DNA of 32,000 bases from Candidatus Harpocratesius repetitus (GTDB lineage: Archaea; Asgardarchaeota; Lokiarchaeia; Sigyniarchaeales; Promethearchaeaceae), in NCBI GenBank assembly GCA_021498095.1, contig JAIZWK010000001.1, positions 3,750,001 to 3,782,000 on the forward strand, written 5' to 3'. Positions 9,107 through 16,469 of this stretch are shown piece by piece. A program made the position numbers and the translations under genes. How positions within the stretch are numbered: position 1 is the first letter of the stretch; each line of letters opens with the position of its first letter. Below the pieces are notes generated by a model. That model did no database searches and was not told the DNA's origin. It saw only the letters and a program-made list of their open reading frames with translations.

Positions 9107-10893
9107 CTACGATATTGTTTTTCTAAATTACTAAATTCATCATCCATTTCATTACCTAATTGTGTCATTTTTTCAACTTCATTCGAATGAAAATCCAATC
9201 TGGCTCTTCGTAAAGCGTTTAAACATTTCATTTCTTTGAATCTAAAAATAGGAACTCCAATTTTAATTAATTTTTCGCATTTATGGTAAAATTTAAGAAA
9301 CAATAAAGCCAACCTCATTGTCTTTAAAGGACTTGAATACATATCATTCTGATTAAAACTATTTTGAATTAAATAACCATCTTTTATCACTGTAGCCATT
9401 AGAAGTGTTAATTGTTGATCAGGAGGTAAATTTTCAGTTCCAATAAGTTTTGCTACACTTTCCAATTGATCTGCTTTAGATAATATACTATTTACTGTTT
9501 TACGGGCATCTTGCCATCCTTTCTCAATATTTTCTTCCCAATATTCTTCCAAATTATCATATAGTGAATAAGAATCAGTCCAATTTACTGCAGGATAATG
9601 ACGAGCATAAGCTAATCGTGCATCTAACGCCCAAAAAGCTTTAACAAATCGTTTTGTATTAGTAGTTACTGGTTCAGAGAAATCACCACCAGGAGGTGAT
9701 ACAGAACCGACAATAGTTATTGAACCAAATCGATTTCCTTTACCTAAAACTTGAACGAAACCAGCTCGCTCATAGAAATTACTCAAACGAGTTGCTAAAT
9801 AGGCAGGATAACCGCCTTCAGTCGGCATCTCTTCCAATCGTCCTGATAATTCCCGTAATGCTTCAGCCCATCGACTAGTACTATCTGCGAGCAACAGAAC
9901 ATTTTTCCCCATATCTCGCCAATATTCTGCCATTGTTATACCAGCAAAAATAGAAGCTTCTCGTGCAGAAACAGGCATATTAGAAGTATTAGCAATCATT
10001 ATTGTTCGATCCATTAAAGGACGGTGATTTTTCGGATCTTCCAAAGAAGGAAATGAATTTAATAGATCAGCCATTTCATTTCCACGTTCACCACATCCAA
10101 TATATACAATTACATCAGCGTCAGCAAATTTTGCAAGACTATGTTGAACTACTGTCTTTCCAGTTCCAAAACCGCCGGGAACGGCAACGACACCACCCTG
10201 AGCTACTGGAAATAGTAAATCAAACACCCTTGCACCTGTAATTAAGGGTTTTGAAGGAATGAATCGTTTTTTATAAGGTCGAGCCTTTCGGATCGGCCAA
10301 CGAGTTAGTAAACTAAATTTTTCTATTGTTTTATCTCTTTTTTCAATTGAATAAGCGAAATCTTCAACCCGCATATCCCCAGAATTAATGGAAACAATTT
10401 TTCCCGATATTCCAGGAGGAACCATAATATTATGGGTTAATGATAATTCTTGTACAGTTCCTACTATATCACCTTCAGAAACATAATCTCCTGGATTAAC
10501 AGCAGGATGGAATTCCCATATTTTTCTTCTATCAATTGCAGGAACTCTTAAACCACGTGCAATAAAGTCGCCACTAATTTCTGCAATTTTTTCAAGAGGT
10601 CGCTGAATTCCATCATAAATCATGGTTAGCATACCAGGACCCAATTCCATTGAAAGTGGATATCGATAATTTTCTACAGTGGCATTTAATTTAAGCCCAG
10701 ATGTATCTTCATAACATTGGATTACGGCAATTTTATTTACAATCTTAATGATTTCTCCAATTAAATTTAGTTTGGTACTAACATTGACCATATCTCCTAC
10801 TGATTGATCTCGAAATCCTTCGACTTTGATGACAGATCCGTTAATGGCAATAATCTTTCCTAATACCGGATGTGTTGATGATTTATATTTCAT
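9103..10893 (-). CDS. atpA: V/A-type ATPase catalytic subunit A (no intein)
   Basis: Start reset to ATG 10893 (MKYKSS), an 11-bp overlap with atpE. Walker A GGFGTGKT, YIGCGERGNE, Walker B LLLADSTSRWAEALRE, EGGYPAYL. Confidence 0.98.
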   Translation of the reverse strand: MKYKSSTHPVLGKIIAINGSVIKVEGFRDQSVGDMVNVSTKLNLIGEIIKIVNKIAVIQCYEDTSGLKLNATVENYRYPLSMELGPGMLTMIYDGIQRPLEKIAEISGDFIARGLRVPAIDRRKIWEFHPAVNPGDYVSEGDIVGTVQELSLTHNIMVPPGISGKIVSINSGDMRVEDFAYSIEKRDKTIEKFSLLTRWPIRKARPYKKRFIPSKPLITGARVFDLLFPVAQGGVVAVPGGFGTGKTVVQHSLAKFADADVIVYIGCGERGNEMADLLNSFPSLEDPKNHRPLMDRTIMIANTSNMPVSAREASIFAGITMAEYWRDMGKNVLLLADSTSRWAEALRELSGRLEEMPTEGGYPAYLATRLSNFYERAGFVQVLGKGNRFGSITIVGSVSPPGGDFSEPVTTNTKRFVKAFWALDARLAYARHYPAVNWTDSYSLYDNLEEYWEENIEKGWQDARKTVNSILSKADQLESVAKLIGTENLPPDQQLTLLMATVIKDGYLIQNSFNQNDMYSSPLKTMRLALLFLKFYHKCEKLIKIGVPIFRFKEMKCLNALRRARLDFHSNEVEKMTQLGNEMDDEFSNLEKQYRS

Positions 10894-11569
10894 ATCGTTT
10901 CGCCTTTCCATGCTTTTCTTTGTCAATCTCCATTGCATTGAGTATATTAACTTCAAAAACGGGGAATATTTTCATAAATCTTATCTCTAAATCTTGATAA
11001 TGTTTTTCTACCATAGCATCAAAGGTATTATCAATAATATATTCTCTATCATTTGATGTAATTTTGAAGCCAATTCCTGTTTCAATTGGTTCATCTGAGA
11101 TTTCAAAAAGATCTTTTTTCTCTCCAAGTTTTTCTAAAAATTGAAATTTTTTAGCATATTCTAAATCTTCTTTGTTAAAATGAATTGTAACATTATTTTG
11201 AATTAATGGAGTAAAACTTTGAATTTTTTCGATTAAAAAATACATATAAAGATCCTTCTTTTCATGAATACGCTTCCGAATTTCTAATTGTAGGAGTTTT
11301 AAGAAATCTGATATACATTTGACTTTTTTTTCAGCAATAGTCTGGTTAATCTCTGTAATTTTATCACTTTCGATTTTATTCAATTCAAATTGCTTCTTCT
11401 GTATAGATTTCAATTCCATTTTTAATGTATCATGCTTTATCTTTTGCTCTATTTCTTCTTGAATTGCTTTAATTTGAGCTTCTCCTTGAATCCGGATTTT
11501 TTCAATTTCTTGATCAACAAATCGAGCCATTTCATAACCGATATCTTTAAAATCTTCGCGCAATGACAT
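10883..11569 (-). CDS. atpE: V/A-type ATPase subunit E
   Basis: N-terminal coiled coil, then IETGIGFKITS...IIDNTFD (cf. GG...xDNTF of E subunits). Lies directly before atpA. Confidence 0.88.
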   Translation of the reverse strand: MSLREDFKDIGYEMARFVDQEIEKIRIQGEAQIKAIQEEIEQKIKHDTLKMELKSIQKKQFELNKIESDKITEINQTIAEKKVKCISDFLKLLQLEIRKRIHEKKDLYMYFLIEKIQSFTPLIQNNVTIHFNKEDLEYAKKFQFLEKLGEKKDLFEISDEPIETGIGFKITSNDREYIIDNTFDAMVEKHYQDLEIRFMKIFPVFEVNILNAMEIDKEKHGKAKRYEI

Positions 11570-11886
11570 TATTTCACATCTCCTATTGATAATCCTAAAT
11601 ATTGTTTTATAAAATGATTATAATAATCTGCTGAAAATGGTGCTTTAATATCTGGAATTTCGACAATAATTGGAAATTTTTGAGATTTAATAACTTTGAA
11701 GTAATTTTTAAAGCGAAGAAGGTATTTTTCGTTCATTATTATCATATCAATACTTTTATTACTCAAAATTTTTTCAAATTCAATTTTAAATTTTTTAAAA
11801 TCCATTTCAGGAAGAGTATATCCTTGGATTCCAATTAATCCAAACATTATATTTGTGTCTTCATCAGCTATGCATATTATATTCAT
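11569..11886 (-). CDS. atpF: V/A-type ATPase subunit F
   Basis: 105 aa. IICIADEDTNIMFGLIGI...IDMIIMNE...PIIVEIPD. 1-nt stop/start overlap with atpE. Confidence 0.95.
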   Translation of the reverse strand: MNIICIADEDTNIMFGLIGIQGYTLPEMDFKKFKIEFEKILSNKSIDMIIMNEKYLLRFKNYFKVIKSQKFPIIVEIPDIKAPFSADYYNHFIKQYLGLSIGDVK

Positions 11887-11902
11887 AAGAGATCAAAATC
11901 CT

Positions 11903-12424
11903 TTATTTTTTGTCCATACAGAGATAGTTTAAACCTAAAATTTTAAGTGCATCTTCAGTTAATTGGGGTTTATTTATTTTGTAAAGCATATCAATTTGAG
12001 AGAGTATCATATTTTCTTTTATTTCTAAAGATTTGATAGATTTTTCAATTTCGTTTTCTAAATCTTCAATATCCCTGTTTATTTCTCGTTCTTTATCTTT
12101 AATTGCAGCTTTATATTTCTTTTCCAATTTCCTTTTAGTTTCTTTTATTTTCCTTTCCCATTTCACTTTTGCAGTTTCTACCCTGTATCTATAGTGTTCT
12201 TCAATCGTTCTAACTTCTAGAAAGACATCTTCTTTGTTATTTGTAAATTCTCGATTACGTAATACTTCACAAAGTTCTGGAGAAATATCCCTGCATCTTA
12301 AACGTTCATCTTTAATTTTTCCTTGAATTTTAGAGGATAAAGAACCTTTTACAATTATTGAACTTGTTTTCTCAATTTCTCGATTATTTTTCTCGTTTTC
12401 ATCAAGATTGTTGTTCTTTTTCAT
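11903..12424 (-). CDS. Probable V/A-type ATPase peripheral-stalk subunit G/H with N-terminal extension
   Basis: K/E-rich coiled coil inside the ATPase cluster and the only candidate for the otherwise missing G/H. LEVRTIEE...VETAK resembles the LxxIKxAE...IExAK pattern. Confidence 0.65.
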   Translation of the reverse strand: MKKNNNLDENEKNNREIEKTSSIIVKGSLSSKIQGKIKDERLRCRDISPELCEVLRNREFTNNKEDVFLEVRTIEEHYRYRVETAKVKWERKIKETKRKLEKKYKAAIKDKEREINRDIEDLENEIEKSIKSLEIKENMILSQIDMLYKINKPQLTEDALKILGLNYLCMDKK

Positions 12425-12516
12425 TATTTTTCATCTTGGTTATATGTATTCGTTTTTTTTGTTTTAAATTTCCATTGTATTTGTTTAATTTGTTTAATAT
12501 TCTTAAATTTTATTTC

Positions 12517-13560
12517 CTAATACTGTTCTTGAATTAATGCAATTTGAACAGCTCGGGCAATAATTTCTTGAATCTCAATTTGTTTATACAAAATAATTTG
12601 AAACATTAATGATATAGATTTTAATGAAATATCGGCCATAATTGTATGTTGAAATCGTGTAAGGAACATTTCTAAAAATACAGTAGAAAGATGTTGCCAC
12701 ATTTTTGGATTAGGATTTTTTAAACTTTGAGCAAAAATATAAAGTTCTTTATGTTTTTTTAGTAAATTTTGAAGATGTTTAATGAATTCATCGAAGTTTG
12801 ATGAACTTTGCAGAATTTGAAGTTTCTTTTGATTAAAAATATAACCATTATTTAATAAAAAGGGAGAAATTTCATCTAAAGAGATCTTGTTAAAAAAAGC
12901 ACGATATATAAGATTAAAATTATAAAAATCGACTTGAGAACGAATAAAATGCTCGATAAATTCTTGTTCTTCAGCAGGAAAATACCCGCTTTGCTCGATC
13001 ATATTTTCAAAATAATATTTATCTAATTCTTGTTCTAAATAGAAAATTTCACCATTTTTTTCAATATGTTCTAATCCACGTTCAATGATTTTTTTATATG
13101 GTGTGTTTTTAATCGCACTTCGAATTTCTGCGAAGTTTTTAGCTTTAAGAAGCTCCTTGATGAAATTTTCACGTTCTAATATTACTGAAGGTTTTTTAAA
13201 AATATGTTCTATTTTCTGATCTATATCTAATCCTTCAATTACTCCATGAATGGCAATTTTTATATTCCAAATTTCATAACGAACAAGTAAAGTTTTTAAA
13301 AATGACTTGATTGAGTCAGGAGAAGAAACTAAAATTTTCTCTTCAATATCCATGTATGTTTTCCAAAGATTTCTCTCAAATTCGCTAATAGAAAGCCCTT
13401 CTGGATTAAATCTAGGAAAAAATCGTTTAATATAACTACCTAAAGATTCTAAATCACGGAAAGATTCAAGTTTTTTCCTATCTTGTGCACTCATAAGAAG
13501 AGATTTTAATACCACTAATTTTATGAAAATATAACCGTAATCATCAACCATTGCGCACAT
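12517..13560 (-). CDS. atpC: V/A-type ATPase subunit C (d/AC39 family)
   Basis: 347 aa. DYGYIFIKLVVLKSLL, RYEIWNIKIAI, LEQELDKYY, VDFYNFNLIYR, EIQEI. Inside the ATPase cluster. Start may be the second Met (13551). Confidence 0.9.
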   Translation of the reverse strand: MCAMVDDYGYIFIKLVVLKSLLMSAQDRKKLESFRDLESLGSYIKRFFPRFNPEGLSISEFERNLWKTYMDIEEKILVSSPDSIKSFLKTLLVRYEIWNIKIAIHGVIEGLDIDQKIEHIFKKPSVILERENFIKELLKAKNFAEIRSAIKNTPYKKIIERGLEHIEKNGEIFYLEQELDKYYFENMIEQSGYFPAEEQEFIEHFIRSQVDFYNFNLIYRAFFNKISLDEISPFLLNNGYIFNQKKLQILQSSSNFDEFIKHLQNLLKKHKELYIFAQSLKNPNPKMWQHLSTVFLEMFLTRFQHTIMADISLKSISLMFQIILYKQIEIQEIIARAVQIALIQEQY

Positions 13561-13582
13561 AGGTTTCCCGACATTTGTTAAA

Positions 13583-13589
13583 TATATAA
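13583..13589 (-). promoter_or_regulatory. Putative TATA box of an internal promoter for atpC
   Basis: The minus strand reads aacaaaaaataattaTTATATAtttaac. TTATATA ends 22 nt before the ATG at 13560, a geometry compatible with a leaderless archaeal transcript. Confidence 0.5.
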
Positions 13590-13614
13590 TAATTATTTTT
13601 TGTTAAGGATAAAT

Positions 13615-13624
13615 AAAAAAAAAA
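13615..13624 (-). terminator. Putative oligo-T (T10) terminator right after atpK
   Basis: A10 on the + strand, 10 nt past the atpK stop codon. Confidence 0.55.
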
Positions 13625-13634
13625 GCAATTCAGC

Positions 13635-13976
13635 TTACATGGTAAAGGTGGGGATTTTTGTCCACAAAAGAATTGATACAATCAATCCGTAGACTGCTAA
13701 AGCTTCACCTAATGCAACTACAAGGAAAGCTTTGAAGAATGCTTCAGGACGTTCTGCTAACATTGAAATAGAAGCAGTCCCTGTAGTTTTAATAGCTAAT
13801 CCAGCACCAATTCCTGCTAAGCCAACAGCTAAACCGGAACCAAGAGCAAGACCTAAAATAGCCAAACTATTATCAGTTGTAGAAACAGTGGTATCGCTAC
13901 TCTGTGCGAGTACAGAAATCGTATTCACTGAAAAAATAACCGTGAATATTAATACGATTTGAAAGCCTAATAACAA
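13635..13976 (-). CDS. atpK: V/A-type ATPase proteolipid subunit K (c), single hairpin, with N-terminal leader
   Basis: GLAVGLAGIGAGLAI...AERPEAFFK...LGEALAVYGLIVSILL with the ion-binding Glu. The true start may be upstream at 14003 (see findings). Confidence 0.96.
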   Translation of the reverse strand: MLLGFQIVLIFTVIFSVNTISVLAQSSDTTVSTTDNSLAILGLALGSGLAVGLAGIGAGLAIKTTGTASISMLAERPEAFFKAFLVVALGEALAVYGLIVSILLWTKIPTFTM

Positions 13977-14255
13977 AAGATAGAATTTATTTTTAGCACG
14001 CGTTCTGGTACACCTTCAATTTATTTATGAAGCGTATTAATTTAAATAAAACACCTTCTGGTTTAAATATTTCTTATAAACCGAAAACTTTTTTATATTG
14101 TGTGTTCGGTTAAGTAGAATGAATTTGAATTCTTTAAATATTTTAGGAAATAATTCATTATATCATTATTTTTCATTTTTAAAATAAAAAAGATCTAATG
14201 AATAGCCCAGTTAATCATAAAAAATTATCATTGTAATTAGTCGAAAAAAAATCAA

Positions 14256-14885
14256 TTAATGAGTTGAAAGAATAAATCTTACAGAATCAGCCACACCCGC
14301 ACAATGATCACAGGCTTCCTCAATGTGTTTAGCTACACTTAAAAATTGCATAATAAATCGAAGTGGAATATCCATACGATTGTATAAATGACCATGAAGA
14401 TCTCGATATAACTCATCTACTTTTTCTTCTACTTCATCTATTGCATTACAATATGATGGAGCCTTAGACAAATCATTTCCAAGAGTTTTCATCAAATCTC
14501 GAAGACGTTCTCCCATTTTAATAAAAGCTGCAATTAATTGTTGAAATTTTGGAATCATAGGATCATCTTTTCGAGGTCGATAATTAATGTTACCTAATCT
14601 TACAGAGGCTCCAGCTTGATTAGACATTACATCTGCCATCTTCATAACTAAACGTAAAAAGTCAGAACGATAAATACTAACAGCTTGTGCAACTGTTTCA
14701 AGGCTTTTTCGACGAAGTTTATTGGCTTCTTTTTCGAGATTTCTTATTTTTTCAATACTCTTATATATATCATCGCTGTGTTCAAAGAAAGAGTTAATAC
14801 ATGAACCCATTTCTTTGAATGTCTGATTAATATATTTGCTTTGGGCTTCTAAATTGGTAAATACAATTTTTTCCATTTGATCCAT
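14256..14885 (-). CDS. DUF47 (PhoU-like) family protein
   Basis: 209 aa. IRNLEKEANKLRR...RSDFLRLVMKMAD and IDEVEEKVDELYR...IEEACDHC: a twofold helical-bundle repeat typical of DUF47/TIGR00153. Confidence 0.88.
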   Translation of the reverse strand: MDQMEKIVFTNLEAQSKYINQTFKEMGSCINSFFEHSDDIYKSIEKIRNLEKEANKLRRKSLETVAQAVSIYRSDFLRLVMKMADVMSNQAGASVRLGNINYRPRKDDPMIPKFQQLIAAFIKMGERLRDLMKTLGNDLSKAPSYCNAIDEVEEKVDELYRDLHGHLYNRMDIPLRFIMQFLSVAKHIEEACDHCAGVADSVRFILSTH

Positions 14886-14983
14886 AATTTTTTCACTGCA
14901 ATTAACTATGATAATTACTACCTAAAAATAATACCGGCTTTTATTTACTTTAATTATTATAAAAAAAAAGATTCAAAAAGATT

Positions 14984-15910
14984 CTAAAAATTCGAATTTA
15001 ACAACCAATTAAAGAAAACTGTAAGAATTCCTGTAAATAACGCTGCAGCAACCATTTGAAATCCAAATTTCAAAATGCTTTCACGACTCAATTTTGCCAA
15101 ATATGAACCCAATAAGAAAAGGACGATTACAGAAAAAGCAAATGAAAACATATACTGCACCAAACTTGCAGGTTGTGAGGGATCTCCGAATAAAAATGGA
15201 AGTACCACAATAATTACTCCTGCAAATGGAGAGAATCCATCAACAAAAGCAGCAACTTTACCCGCAAAATCTTGAGCTTCCTCAAACATTGTTTTAGGTT
15301 CCTTATTTGTCTTTGATTTTTTTTTATTTTTCTTATTTATTGGTTTATCTTGATTCAATTTAGAATTATCATGATCACCTTGAAATTCTTCAGAATCACC
15401 ATTAAAATCTATATTGCTTTTTTGGTTCTTTTTTGAAGGAATATTCTTTTTTGGGATCATTGAACTGCGAGGAAATTTTTTTCCAATGCTATAAGTAGAA
15501 ATTTCTTCAAACTTTCCAAGTGCAAGTTTTATATCTCGATCTGAATAACGAGGTTGATCAGGATCTTCAGAACGCTCATTTCCCTCTGAATCTAATAACC
15601 CAAGTACTTGTTTCATTTGAATTACGTTCAAATTTCTTTCAGCTGATTCTGCCAAATGGCTACCCGTTAATCCAGAAATTCCAATAGCAATAGCAGTTGT
15701 TAATCCACTAAAGAATAAATAACCACTTGTTTGCATTGTTGATTCTGTCAACCAAAAAGCGAATCCAGCTAAAACTATACCAAGAGCAGTTAAAATACCA
15801 TCAAAAAAATTCATTGCAAAGTATCTTCTAATAATTGGCGAAGCTTCACTTATTTCCCATAGAATTTTATAGTGTTTTAACCTATTATCACGTTTGCTAT
15901 TTTTCGACAT
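14984..15910 (-). CDS. VIT1/CCC1-related membrane protein (TIGR00267-like) with long hydrophilic insert
   Basis: RRYFAMNFFDGILTALG, AIAIGISGLTGSHLAESAER, AFVDGFSPF, LFLLGSYLAKLSRE. Confidence 0.85.
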   Translation of the reverse strand: MSKNSKRDNRLKHYKILWEISEASPIIRRYFAMNFFDGILTALGIVLAGFAFWLTESTMQTSGYLFFSGLTTAIAIGISGLTGSHLAESAERNLNVIQMKQVLGLLDSEGNERSEDPDQPRYSDRDIKLALGKFEEISTYSIGKKFPRSSMIPKKNIPSKKNQKSNIDFNGDSEEFQGDHDNSKLNQDKPINKKNKKKSKTNKEPKTMFEEAQDFAGKVAAFVDGFSPFAGVIIVVLPFLFGDPSQPASLVQYMFSFAFSVIVLFLLGSYLAKLSRESILKFGFQMVAAALFTGILTVFFNWLLNSNF

Positions 15911-15976
15911 TTTCGTGTCAATATATTTAAAATAAGAGAATTAATGATATGTGAATAATTAAAGTAACGATCCTAT

Positions 15977-16420
15977 TTAAGTGAATTTTACATGGGAACT
16001 ATGCAGAAATAGTTTTTCAGAAGTGTGTTCCTTAAAATCATGCCAATCTTCTAAAGTAGAATAAAGTGGGATACTAAATTTTTTATTATTTTCAGGAATG
16101 ATAATGTTTCCTAAAAAGATAGATTTTCCTCGAGCACCCATGATTTCAAGAGTTTTAATTTTCTGCCCTATGATTGATATAATTTTTACATTTTTTAAAA
16201 CGATAAAATTTGGTTGATTTGCATTCTTTGAATTTCGCGCATGTTGGCGAAGATTTGTAGGAATAATAATTGATGGGTCGATTTCTAATTCAAATGAAGG
16301 AATTCCATCCAAAGAATAAAACCAAATTGCTCTAACATTTTGTAAATCTCGCCAACGCGGAATCTTCCAATGAAATCGAGTCATAGAGATTTGCATTCGA
16401 GGCATATCATAATTTAACAT
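15977..16420 (-). CDS. Hypothetical protein, 147 aa
   Basis: Fills the gap between neighbouring genes without overlap, with an ATG start and normal composition. No family recognised. Confidence 0.6.
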   Translation of the reverse strand: MLNYDMPRMQISMTRFHWKIPRWRDLQNVRAIWFYSLDGIPSFELEIDPSIIIPTNLRQHARNSKNANQPNFIVLKNVKIISIIGQKIKTLEIMGARGKSIFLGNIIIPENNKKFSIPLYSTLEDWHDFKEHTSEKLFLHSSHVKFT

Positions 16421-16469
16421 CCGGCCAACAAAAATTTTATTGATGTTTGTGTTAAAAATCTTGAGACAT

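Noticed and set aside
9103-10893. Possible intein in atpA
   Set aside because: Length ~596 aa and GKT is followed directly by VVQH, so there is no insertion at the usual site.
10894-10956. Track extension of atpA to 10956
   Set aside because: Would overlap atpE by 74 bp. ATG 10893 gives a normal subunit A length.
12425-12516. 9-bp tandem tttgtttaa and tiny uORFs (MEI*, MKNNEKEQQS*) between atpC and the G/H gene
   Set aside because: Expected by chance in very AT-rich DNA.
5893-13962. Short antisense ORFs over ATPase genes (5893, 7011, 7975, 10002, 13732)
   Set aside because: Shadows of strongly supported minus-strand genes.
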